A DNA stretch of 64,000 nt from Oceanispirochaeta sp. (lineage in GTDB: Bacteria > Spirochaetota > Spirochaetia > DSM-2461), in the NCBI GenBank assembly GCA_963663385.2, contig CAXXXD010000003.1, positions 192,001 to 256,000 on the forward strand. Direction: 5' to 3'. A program made the translations under genes and the position numbers. Of the stretch, positions 19,446 through 28,390 are shown piece by piece. Numbering within the stretch: position 1 is the first letter of the stretch; each line of letters starts with the position of its first letter. The notes beneath the pieces are model-generated. The model made no database searches and was not told the origin of the DNA. It saw nothing but the letters and a program-made list of their open reading frames with translations.

Positions 19446-20281
19446 ACAGGGTATTAAAACGTTTTATTGTTAACCGCTTTCCGGTATATCTCTTTTTACT
19501 TTTTATAACATTCATCAGTCTGTATCCTGTTTTTTTCTCATTCATCTCCAGTTTTAAAACTGTTCAGGAGTATACATTCAGCAAGTGTGCTCTTCCTGCA
19601 TCCTGGGTGATGGAGAATTACGCGTATGTTTTCAGAAATCTTAATTTTCTATCCTATCTTTTAAACTCTGTTATTCTGGTTTTCGGGGGAATGATCCTGT
19701 ATCTGTTTGTTTGCAATGCCGCGGGTTTTGCTCTAGGGATGCTCAGGTTCCGGTTTAAACTGCCCGTTTTTTCATTTATTCTGTTTTTTCAGATATTCCC
19801 CCAGATGGTCATTGCCTCGCAGGTCTACAGAATCTGTTCAAAAATCGGTCTGATGAATTCCCATATGGGACTGATTCTGGTCTGGGTTGCCTACTTTGCT
19901 CCCTTCGGGACATATATCATGTCCACCTATTATTCCTCCATGCCCCGGTCCATGATTGAGTCGGCCAGAATCGATGGTGCTGGAGTCTTCCGTCAATTGT
20001 TCAGAATAATGATCCCCATGGCTGCGCCCATGATAGGCACCGTCAGTATAGTCGGCTCTCTCGCCATGTGGACGGAACTCCCGTTTTCCCTGCTTCTGAT
20101 TCAGGATCCTTCCAAACGGCCTCTGTCTCTCGGGATTGCCATTATGAAGGGCGAGCACGGGATTCCTGTTCCCATTCTGACTGCAGCAATTCTGGTATCA
20201 GCAGTGGTTCCTCTGATTTTCTATTTTTTCTTCCAGAAAAAAATACATATGGGTTCTACAACCGGAGCCGTAAAGGGGTAA
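19442..20281 (+). CDS. Carbohydrate ABC transporter permease
   Basis: EAA-loop IESARIDGAG. ATGA overlap with the previous gene. Confidence 0.94.
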   Translation: MNRVLKRFIVNRFPVYLFLLFITFISLYPVFFSFISSFKTVQEYTFSKCALPASWVMENYAYVFRNLNFLSYLLNSVILVFGGMILYLFVCNAAGFALGMLRFRFKLPVFSFILFFQIFPQMVIASQVYRICSKIGLMNSHMGLILVWVAYFAPFGTYIMSTYYSSMPRSMIESARIDGAGVFRQLFRIMIPMAAPMIGTVSIVGSLAMWTELPFSLLLIQDPSKRPLSLGIAIMKGEHGIPVPILTAAILVSAVVPLIFYFFFQKKIHMGSTTGAVKG

Positions 20282-20359
20282 AGCATTAAATGAACCAAAG
20301 AGAACGAATTCCGGCTCTCTATGAAGAGGCGGGATCTTACAAACACCAAGGACTGAACA

Positions 20360-21439
20360 ATGAGTATTGAATGGAAAACAAACTGGCCTGAAACAAGGCA
20401 GCATCTGCTGGACTGGTGGGATCATAAGGGATTTGTCCTGAGTCACTGGGGAACCGGAATGGATACGGGCGGCAGCCTCTACGGCATTGATGCTGTGGAA
20501 GAACCTGCCAGTCCTGTCCAGAGGCATACGGATGTGGAATGGATCGGCAGAAATGAGGTTTACCGGCTCTCGCGGAACTGGCAGGGGGCGGATTTCCTGC
20601 CCATTGCCTATCCCGATTACGGCACCGTTTCACTGGCTACTTTTATGGGAGTGGAACCCCGTTTCGAGGATGAGTATATTCTCTATCATCCCACCGGTCT
20701 GAGTCCTGAAAACAACAGAACTCTGACTCTGGACAGGGACGGGAAGAGTTACAGAACCATAAGGAATGCCGCTTTGAATCTCCGGGACAGGTCGGAAGGA
20801 CGGTATTTTGTCAGTTATCCGGCCTTTATGCCGGGGTTGGATGTGCTTGCCGAACTTCGGGGCACCCAGGAGCTGCTGATGGATCTTATCCTGAACCCTG
20901 AATGGGTCAAGGAGAAGCAGGCTGAAATCAACACCTGTTTTTTTGACTGCTACAACGAGTTCTATAATGAACTGAAGGGGAGTGACGGCGGCAGTATGAA
21001 CGGCTGGTTCATGATCTGGGGGCCCGGGAAGACCTCCCTGGCCCAGTGCGATTTCTGTGCCATGATCAGTCCAGATATGTTTGAAGAGTTCGAGGCACCC
21101 TATCTGAGGGAGCACTGTGATACTCTGGACAACACTCTTTTTCATCTGGACGGTCCTGATGCCCTGAACAAGCTGGATATCCTGCTGGAAATCGAAAGCC
21201 TGGATGCCATACAGTGGACCCCCGGTCCCCAGCGCCCCCAGGGAGGCGATCCCTGCTGGTACGATATGTACAAGCGTATCAAAGCGGCGGGGAAGTCCGT
21301 ACAGGCTCCCTGGGTCAGGCCGGAAGAGGCTCTGCCCCTGCTGAACGAGGTGGGTCCCGAGGGAATGTATGTCATGGTGGATTTCAAAAACCGGAAAGAG
21401 GTGGATGAAGTGATGAAACAGCTGGAACAATTCAGATAG
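20360..21439 (+). CDS. UroD/MtaA-fold (corrinoid methyltransferase-like) protein
   Basis: LRGTQELLMDL..PEWVK, QCDFCAMISPDMFEEF, FHLDG and IQWTPG, typical of UroD/methylcobamide methyltransferase-like TIM barrels. Confidence 0.7.
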   Translation: MSIEWKTNWPETRQHLLDWWDHKGFVLSHWGTGMDTGGSLYGIDAVEEPASPVQRHTDVEWIGRNEVYRLSRNWQGADFLPIAYPDYGTVSLATFMGVEPRFEDEYILYHPTGLSPENNRTLTLDRDGKSYRTIRNAALNLRDRSEGRYFVSYPAFMPGLDVLAELRGTQELLMDLILNPEWVKEKQAEINTCFFDCYNEFYNELKGSDGGSMNGWFMIWGPGKTSLAQCDFCAMISPDMFEEFEAPYLREHCDTLDNTLFHLDGPDALNKLDILLEIESLDAIQWTPGPQRPQGGDPCWYDMYKRIKAAGKSVQAPWVRPEEALPLLNEVGPEGMYVMVDFKNRKEVDEVMKQLEQFR

Positions 21440-21448
21440 GAAAAGAAT

Positions 21449-23731
21449 ATGAAACAACTCAATGATTTTTTAACGGATATGGCAGATCTGGACCAGCATC
21501 CCGGCGCCGTCCTCTGGAGAGCGGAATCCCCGCAGTCTCTTTCGGTCCGGGATGGTCTTGTCGAAATAGTCATCCCCTTTGCCCCCTATACCCTGCAGGG
21601 CAGTCTGAAACCTTCATCGGGACTGAAAACACGCCTGCAAACTCTGAAGCTTGCCTGCCCCGACAGGGATATTCTCCATCTTTACTCGAATCATGATCCG
21701 GAGAGCCCTATGCTCAGTGTGCAGGAGGATAGGCAGGCCCGGCCCCTCTCGCTCAGGGAAGAGAGGCACTTCTGGTCCATACTGGACGGCTCCGGCGTCT
21801 GCCGGGCCAGATTCCACAAAAAAAGGAAGACCCCCGATGGATGGAGCAATCAGATTACTCCCGCTTTCGATTCTCTGAAAGCGGATTTTTTCCCTTCTGA
21901 TGGAACATCCCTTTCGTTCAGTTCCCACGACCAGTTTTTTCCCGAGAAGGTGGAATCCCTGCCTCTGGCATTTCTGACCTGGAGCGAAGAGGGGGAGGAC
22001 CGGGAATCGGTACTCTTTTCATTCGAGGCGGAATACGATGAACATTTTGCCGGGACAGGAGAGCGTTTCGCTCCCCAGGATCTGCGGGGCAGAACCCTGA
22101 ATCTGGAAAATACCGATGCCATGGGAGTGAACAGCCGCAGAGCCTATAAAAATGTCCCCTTCTACCTTTCCAGCCGGGGATTCGGCGTCTTTATACACAG
22201 TTCCCGGCATATGCGCCTTTCCCTGGGGGATATCTCCACAAGGGCGGCTCAGGGAAGGATCGAGGACAGGGAACTGGATCTGTTTCTTATCGGAGGCGGA
22301 AGCCCCGAGAGGATTCTGAACAACTACAGGCGTCTAAGCGGTTATCCTCCCCAGCTTCCCCTGTGGAGCTACGGCACATGGATGAGCCGCATGACCTATT
22401 TCTCCGCTGGTGAAATCGACGATATCTGCAAACGCCTCAGGGAGGAGGAGTATCCCTGTGATCTGATCCATATCGATACGGGCTGGTTTGAAAAAGACTG
22501 GGTCTGTGAGTGGACTTTCAGCAGGGAACGTTTTCCCGACCCTTCCGGATTTATGAAGAGGCTGCGGGAGAAGGGCTTCAGAGTCTCCCTCTGGCAGACC
22601 CCGAATATAGGTGAAGGGAACAAACTGCTGGAAGAGGCTTTGAAGAACCGCTATCTGGCGCCTCCCCGGGGTAAAGCCGTCAGTTCCTCCTCCGATTTTT
22701 CGGGTCAGGATTTTGGAGGTCAGATTGATTTTACCAATCCCGAGGCTGTAGAGTGGTATCAGTCCATGATCCGGGATCTCCTCAAAAAGGGTGCCTCGGT
22801 TATTAAAACAGATTTTGGCGAGCGGATACAGATGAATGCGGACTATCTGAATATGCCCCCTGATGCGCTGCATAATCTCTATGGTCTTCTATATCAGAAA
22901 GCGGCTTTTGAGGAGACGGAAAGAAGTACGGGCGAGGGAATCATCTGGGCCCGGGCCGGCTGGGCGGGCTGTCAGCGTTATCCCCTTCACTGGGGGGGCG
23001 ATGCTGCCGCCACCTGGGACGGGATGGCCGGTTCTCTTAGAGGGGGACTTCATCTGGGACTCTCGGGATTCGGGTACTGGAGTCATGATGTTCCCGGTTT
23101 TCACGGTCTGCCGGAGTTTATGAATACGCCTCCTGCGGATGATCTGTATCTGCGCTGGACCCAGTTCGGTGTTTTCAGCTCCCACCTGCGTTATCATGGA
23201 ACATCAGCCCGGGAACCCTGGCATTTTCCGGGGATTGCCGGAGCTGTCCGCAAGTGGCTGAGGCTGCGCTACTATTTTATCCCGTATTTCCTGAAGCAGG
23301 CTGAATCGGTTTCGGAAACGGGATTTCCTCTGCTCAGGGCAATGATTTTTCATTATCCCGAGGACTCTGTATGCTGGAACAGGGATGATCAGTTTTTCTG
23401 CGGCAGCGATATTCTTGTCTGTCCTGTGATGAACAGTCGAAACGAGAGGGACGTCTATGTTCCGGAAGGGGAGTGGGTTGATTTCTGGACAGGGGAAAGC
23501 ATCCGGGGACCGCAGAATCTGTTCCTTGAGAATATCGATCTGGAAAGCATGCCCCTGTATATCCGGAAGGGGGCGGATATTCCCGTTTATCCGGAAGCCG
23601 TTCTGTCTACAGATGAAATGGAAAGGGAGAAGGTTGAAATCCTCCATGTAGGCAGTAATTTTCCCGGTTGGCTGAAACTGCCTGCCGCAGCTGCTCTGGG
23701 TTGGACCTCCGGTATTCCCGTAAAAACCTGA
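21449..23731 (+). CDS. GH31 glycoside hydrolase (YicI-like alpha-xylosidase)
   Basis: YKNVPFY, IHIDTGW, nucleophile motif IKTDFGE, acid/base HWGGD and WSHDVPGF. Confidence 0.92.
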   Translation: MKQLNDFLTDMADLDQHPGAVLWRAESPQSLSVRDGLVEIVIPFAPYTLQGSLKPSSGLKTRLQTLKLACPDRDILHLYSNHDPESPMLSVQEDRQARPLSLREERHFWSILDGSGVCRARFHKKRKTPDGWSNQITPAFDSLKADFFPSDGTSLSFSSHDQFFPEKVESLPLAFLTWSEEGEDRESVLFSFEAEYDEHFAGTGERFAPQDLRGRTLNLENTDAMGVNSRRAYKNVPFYLSSRGFGVFIHSSRHMRLSLGDISTRAAQGRIEDRELDLFLIGGGSPERILNNYRRLSGYPPQLPLWSYGTWMSRMTYFSAGEIDDICKRLREEEYPCDLIHIDTGWFEKDWVCEWTFSRERFPDPSGFMKRLREKGFRVSLWQTPNIGEGNKLLEEALKNRYLAPPRGKAVSSSSDFSGQDFGGQIDFTNPEAVEWYQSMIRDLLKKGASVIKTDFGERIQMNADYLNMPPDALHNLYGLLYQKAAFEETERSTGEGIIWARAGWAGCQRYPLHWGGDAAATWDGMAGSLRGGLHLGLSGFGYWSHDVPGFHGLPEFMNTPPADDLYLRWTQFGVFSSHLRYHGTSAREPWHFPGIAGAVRKWLRLRYYFIPYFLKQAESVSETGFPLLRAMIFHYPEDSVCWNRDDQFFCGSDILVCPVMNSRNERDVYVPEGEWVDFWTGESIRGPQNLFLENIDLESMPLYIRKGADIPVYPEAVLSTDEMEREKVEILHVGSNFPGWLKLPAAAALGWTSGIPVKT

Positions 23732-23819
23732 AAGGGGACTGGTATCAGCACGGAAAGGCTGTATTTCCAAAAAAGTATTTGACCGGAAGATCCTGATCCT
23801 CTAATATGAAAGTCTATAC

Positions 23820-23890
23820 GCGGCTGTCGTATAATGGTATTACCCCAGCTTCCCAAGCTGGAGAAGCGGGTTCGATTCCCGTCAGCCGCT
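23820..23890 (+). tRNA. tRNA-Gly (CCC)
   Basis: Acceptor stem GCGGCTG/CAGCCGC, anticodon arm CCAGC-TT-CCC-AA-GCTGG, T-loop TTCGATT. CCA is not encoded. Confidence 0.96.
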
Positions 23891-23962
23891 GTACCCCCTC
23901 CAGCAAAAGTTATATACTCTGCCTATCTCGGTAAATTATTACTTAGTCAGGCGGTTTTTCCT

Positions 23963-25123
23963 TTGAGCAAATCCTTTAATAAGGCGGACGTTGTAACTCT
24001 CTCTGCCGCACACCTTATGCACGATACTTTCTCTGCTTTTCTGGCTCCCATTCTTCCTCTGCTTATTGCCAAACTGGGGATGTCTCTCTCTGTCACGGCC
24101 TTTCTGGATATTACCCGCCGGCTTCCCTCTCTTCTAAATCCTTTTCTGGGGTTACTGGCCGAACGGACCGGAACCAAGTTTTTTGTTATTCTAACTCCGG
24201 CTGTTACCGCTGTCAGTATGTGTCTGCTGGGGCAGGCCAATTCGGTTGTTATGCTCATTATCCTGTTATTTGCCGCCGGTATTTCAGCCACCCTGTTTCA
24301 CATTCCCTCCCCGGTGCTGGTTAAAGAGGCTTCGGGAGATAAAATCGGTACGGGGATGAGTTTTTTCATGGTCGGCGGAGAGCTGGCCAGAACGCTGGGG
24401 CCTCTGCTTATTACGGCAGCCGTATCCTGGTGGTGCCTGGAAGAGATCTACAAGCTGATTCCCCTGGGAGTTCTGGCTTCATTGATCCTTTATGTTAAAT
24501 TGAAAGATCTGGATGTTCAGCGGCCTCCCAAAAAAGATAAAGAGCTGGGAGATACGGGACGGATTCTGAAGGAGAACGGTTCATTTCTGGCGGTCATCGG
24601 CGGATTCATTCTGTTTCAGGCCGCCATGAAAAGTTCCCTTACCCTTTATCTGCCTGTATACCTTACCGGCCAGGGAGCTTCCTTGTGGTTTGCCGGGGGG
24701 TCCCTCTCTGTGCTTCAGCTGTTCGGCGTTCTGGGTGCCTTTTTTTCGGGTAATCTTTCAGACCGTATCGGACGCCGCAATACCCTTCTGATCTCTTCCG
24801 CCGGTTCGATTGTCTTCATGGCCCTCTTTATTCTGACTCATCATATTGTTGTTCTCGCTTTTCTCGGGCTGTTTCTGCTTTCCACCGGACCCGTATTGAT
24901 GGCCTGTGTTCAGGATACCAGCTCCTCCATGCCCACCTTTATGAACAGTATGTATATGACGGTGAATTTCGGTGTCGGTTCTCTGGTTGTTTTTTTTGTC
25001 GGATTGTCAGGGGATCATCTGGGGCTGGAACGGACCTATATAATCAGCGGTTTTTTTGCGGTGGGAATGATTTTTATGGCCCTGCTGCTTCCGCGGGTGA
25101 TGAAGGTTAAAAAGGCATCCTAG
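23963..25123 (+). CDS. MFS transporter (Fsr-like)
   Basis: About 12 TM segments, AHLMHD, LFHIP and GNLSDRIGRR. The TTG start was chosen downstream of the tRNA. Confidence 0.88.
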   Translation: MSKSFNKADVVTLSAAHLMHDTFSAFLAPILPLLIAKLGMSLSVTAFLDITRRLPSLLNPFLGLLAERTGTKFFVILTPAVTAVSMCLLGQANSVVMLIILLFAAGISATLFHIPSPVLVKEASGDKIGTGMSFFMVGGELARTLGPLLITAAVSWWCLEEIYKLIPLGVLASLILYVKLKDLDVQRPPKKDKELGDTGRILKENGSFLAVIGGFILFQAAMKSSLTLYLPVYLTGQGASLWFAGGSLSVLQLFGVLGAFFSGNLSDRIGRRNTLLISSAGSIVFMALFILTHHIVVLAFLGLFLLSTGPVLMACVQDTSSSMPTFMNSMYMTVNFGVGSLVVFFVGLSGDHLGLERTYIISGFFAVGMIFMALLLPRVMKVKKAS

Positions 25124-25135
25124 AGAGAGAATTCC

Positions 25136-26035
25136 CTAGCGCCAGTTTAAACGGTAGATCGGGATCCTTTCTTTAATCCCCTTTAATTTGGCAGATCCGC
25201 ATAGATCAAATAGTTCTTTCTTCCTGCGGGTTTTCTTCTGGTAATCATCGTAAAAGGTTTTGGATGCAAGGATCCTGTTCTGTTCCCCGATTGCTTTTCT
25301 GACAGATGTAAAAGCTGTCTTTTTCAGCCCTTCGATACGGAAAGTAATATTGATATCTATGCCATGAATATCCTCGGTTGCCGGATCTATAACATAGGTT
25401 CGGCCCTTATGCAGGCCGATGCGGACATTGATGGGAGGATTTTTAGTTTTTTTATTCCTTTTTTCCAGAACCTTCAGGATTTCCATGGCCGTATTGACAG
25501 CCTGTGTCGAACTGGCAAAGGTCGCCAGAAAACCGTCTCCCGTATTTTTATAGAACTGAATACCTGCTCCGTAGAGTATCGGTTTGGTTATATTGCTCAG
25601 ACGCTGTTTTGAATGAAAGGCTATCTGTTCGTCTTTCCGGGCCTGTGTGGTGGAATCGCAGAGATCCAGCACCATAATTGATGATTCGTTTTCCACTTCG
25701 GACAGAGAGATAATCTGAGACTCTCCCGATTGAATCGTTACAACCACCGCCTCTGCCAGCTTGATCTGGACGGGAAGGTGAAACTTCATCTGCCTGCCTT
25801 TCAGGGGATTCCAGCGGTAATCCATATAAACCTCGGTTCCGTTGGAGGATCTTTCATCTTTAATATAGAGGTTGTTGTCCTTTATAATCAGGGAGGCGTG
25901 GGTGTCTGATATATATTTGTTTTGAATGGTAATATCGTGTTCGGAATTTCTTCCCAGAAAAATTCTGTCCTGTTTGAAAGAATAAAACTGACTGGTGTGG
26001 GAGAGTATATCCTTTACTTCGATTCGCAATTCCAT
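25136..26035 (-). CDS. FHA domain + class III adenylate/guanylate cyclase
   Basis: FHA motifs GR..., ISDTHA and SSNGT. Cyclase motifs VLDLCDST, KNTGDGF, RIGLHKG and N..FRIE. Confidence 0.88.
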   Translation of the reverse strand: MELRIEVKDILSHTSQFYSFKQDRIFLGRNSEHDITIQNKYISDTHASLIIKDNNLYIKDERSSNGTEVYMDYRWNPLKGRQMKFHLPVQIKLAEAVVVTIQSGESQIISLSEVENESSIMVLDLCDSTTQARKDEQIAFHSKQRLSNITKPILYGAGIQFYKNTGDGFLATFASSTQAVNTAMEILKVLEKRNKKTKNPPINVRIGLHKGRTYVIDPATEDIHGIDINITFRIEGLKKTAFTSVRKAIGEQNRILASKTFYDDYQKKTRRKKELFDLCGSAKLKGIKERIPIYRLNWR

Positions 26036-26184
26036 AAGCTGATTTTTTCATACAAATCCCTTATTGGCAAGATTCTCCCTGGCATATCGGGTTCTATATT
26101 TCTCAATAACTTGAATTATTCCGGAACAGAAACTCTTGTTCTATCGGCCTGATAGGGCTATTGTAAAATTCTGAGAGGAATTCC

Positions 26185-26667
26185 ATGTACTACACAAGAT
26201 TCAATTCGATACTATGCGAAATTACCCTGGCCGGAGACGAACAGGGCCTCAGAAATCTTCATCTGGATACGGGAGAAGGGAAGGGATCCTTTGAGATCTC
26301 TTCTGAATGGAAACGGGATGACCGTTTTTTTGCAGATACCGTAAAACAGCTGATGGAGTATTTCAGGGGAGAACGCCGGGTCTTTGATGTAAAACTGGCT
26401 CCTGAGGGTACAGATTTTCAAAAGAGAGTCTGGACCGGATTGCAGGATATCCCCTACGGGGAGACCCGCAGCTACGGAGAACTGGCTGCCGCCTTCGGGA
26501 ATCCCAAAGCTTCCCGCGCTGTGGGCGGAGCCAGCGGCCGAAACCCCATTCCTGTTATTATCCCCTGCCACAGGGTTATAGGGAGTTCCGGGAAGCTGAC
26601 GGGATTCGCTTATGGAATCAATATAAAAAGAAAACTCCTGGAACTGGAAAACCCGGAACATTTTTAA
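26185..26667 (+). CDS. ogt: Methylated-DNA--protein-cysteine methyltransferase
   Basis: GTDFQKRVW, IPYGETRSY and active site IIPCHRV. Confidence 0.96.
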   Translation: MYYTRFNSILCEITLAGDEQGLRNLHLDTGEGKGSFEISSEWKRDDRFFADTVKQLMEYFRGERRVFDVKLAPEGTDFQKRVWTGLQDIPYGETRSYGELAAAFGNPKASRAVGGASGRNPIPVIIPCHRVIGSSGKLTGFAYGINIKRKLLELENPEHF

Positions 26668-26689
26668 TTTTCGGGTTTTCCGGACAGCG

Positions 26690-27727
26690 CTACATCAGTG
26701 TAATGCTGTTTTCAGAGCAATCTTTGCGGACGTTTTCGGGCCACAGACTTGCCTGAACCTCCCCGATATGAGCTTTTCTAAGCAGAAACATACACAGACG
26801 GGACTGACCGATTCCACCGCCCACGGATTCGGGGAAATCTCCGGCCAGAAGCCTTTTATGAAAGGTCAGCTCTTTTCTCTCCTCACAGTCCCGGATGGAC
26901 AGCTGGCGGAGAAGGGCTTCCCTGTCTACTCTGATACCCATGGAGGAAATCTCGAAGGTTCTTCCCAGAACGGGGTTCCAGAGGATTATATCCCCATTCA
27001 ATCCCTTTGTACCGGCGCTGTTTTCCGTACTCCAGTCATCATAGTCGGGCGCTCTGCCGTCATGTTCCTTCCCGTCCGAGAGGGCTGCTCCTATTCCGAT
27101 AATAAACACGGCTCCGTATTTTTCGGCAACCTTCGATTCCCTTTCCACGGGGCTCAGGTCGGGGTACATTCTGCATAATTCCTCGGACTGAACAAAGGTT
27201 ATATCTTCGGGGAGGATCGGTTCAATTTCAGGATAACTCTCATAAACCATAAACTCCGTGGCTTTCAGTGTGGCATATATCTTCTTTACCACGGATTTAA
27301 GAAAACCGAGGTTTCTATCCTCTTTCCGGATTGCCTTTTCCCAGTCCCACTGATCAACATAGTAGGAGTGGAGGTTATCCGGTTCCTCATCGGGACGGAT
27401 AGCATTCATATCCGTATAGAGGCCGTAACCCAGGCTTATCTTGTAATCCCCCAGCATCATCCTTTTCCATTTGGCCAGGGACTGAGGTATCTCTGCGGAA
27501 CCGCCCATCCCTTTGGGAGTAAAGGATACGGGCTTTTCAATTCCGTTCAGATCGTCGTTGATACCGGTACCCGCTTCGATAAACAGGGGCGCTGTTACAC
27601 GGCGCAGCCGGAGCTGGGCGGAAAAATAGGTTTGAAAGAATGCCTTGATGTCGGCAATGGCTTTTTCTGTTTCTTCCAGTGTCAGAATGGATTTATAATG
27701 GGGGGGATAATAGTATTCAGCGCTCAC
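26690..27727 (-). CDS. asnA: Aspartate--ammonia ligase (asparagine synthetase A)
   Basis: SLAKWKR, HSYYVDQWDWE, RAPDYDDW, SSMGIRV and GGGIGQSR. Confidence 0.97.
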   Translation of the reverse strand: MSAEYYYPPHYKSILTLEETEKAIADIKAFFQTYFSAQLRLRRVTAPLFIEAGTGINDDLNGIEKPVSFTPKGMGGSAEIPQSLAKWKRMMLGDYKISLGYGLYTDMNAIRPDEEPDNLHSYYVDQWDWEKAIRKEDRNLGFLKSVVKKIYATLKATEFMVYESYPEIEPILPEDITFVQSEELCRMYPDLSPVERESKVAEKYGAVFIIGIGAALSDGKEHDGRAPDYDDWSTENSAGTKGLNGDIILWNPVLGRTFEISSMGIRVDREALLRQLSIRDCEERKELTFHKRLLAGDFPESVGGGIGQSRLCMFLLRKAHIGEVQASLWPENVRKDCSENSITLM

Positions 27728-27908
27728 AATTCCTTCCTTTTTGCAATCAATCTCTTATATATGGGAATCATTCCCTGAAATAAAGCTGATTGAACTGTTT
27801 TGCTGTCTGTCAGAAGCCGGACGAGGCAGCATTGAGTTTTAATATACAGAAAAACTACCATCTTCGTGCCGAGAAGACAAGGGGAATCTTTTTTTGGTTG
27901 ATCCTGTT

Positions 27909-28250
27909 TCAGCAGGCAACAATTTCCTTAATCATAAATTCCTTTCCGCTGATAATTTCCCACTCCCTGCTGCTGCAGTGGGGGCATACGCTTTTGTTCC
28001 TGATTATATTAAAAACTTTACTGCATCTGCCGCACAGGGCATTGCCCGGGAGTATTTCAATTTCCAGTTTTGTATTTTCCATTGCAGTACCGTCAACCGC
28101 TGCGGGATAGCAGTCCCTGAGGAATTGGGGAATCATGGATGACAGTTCCCCCACCTGCAGGATAATTGTATCCACTTTGGTCAGACCATTCTTCAGGGCA
28201 AAGTCCTCAACGGTTTTAATGATTTCTATTACAACACCTAATTCATGCAA
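27909..28250 (-). CDS. hypA: HypA/HybF nickel metallochaperone
   Basis: N-terminal MHE Ni motif, VGELS, two CxxC (CGRC, CPHC) and SGKEF. TTG start. Confidence 0.93.
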   Translation of the reverse strand: MHELGVVIEIIKTVEDFALKNGLTKVDTIILQVGELSSMIPQFLRDCYPAAVDGTAMENTKLEIEILPGNALCGRCSKVFNIIRNKSVCPHCSSREWEIISGKEFMIKEIVAC

Positions 28251-28275
28251 ATATTCTATCCTCTAATAATATTAA

Positions 28276-28390
28276 TCCCCTTGGTCACAAACTTCGTTTG
28301 TTGCTCAGGTATGCATCCGGCCTCTCCCCCTGGGAGAGGCCTCATTTCCCTAATCAGAATCGAACATTGCTCCTGAGCGAAGTTGAGGGA
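28276..28390. repeat. Nested palindromic REP-like element within the operon
   Basis: Outer arms AACTTCG..GCTCAGG / CCTGAGCGAAGTT enclose the perfect hairpin GGCCTCTCCC-CCT-GGGAGAGGCC. Confidence 0.5.

Noticed and set aside
20630..21457. 275-aa minus-strand ORF
   Set aside because: Antisense to the UroD-fold gene.
23834..23962. ORF-track N-terminus of the MFS protein
   Set aside because: Overlaps tRNA-Gly. The true start is probably TTG 23963.
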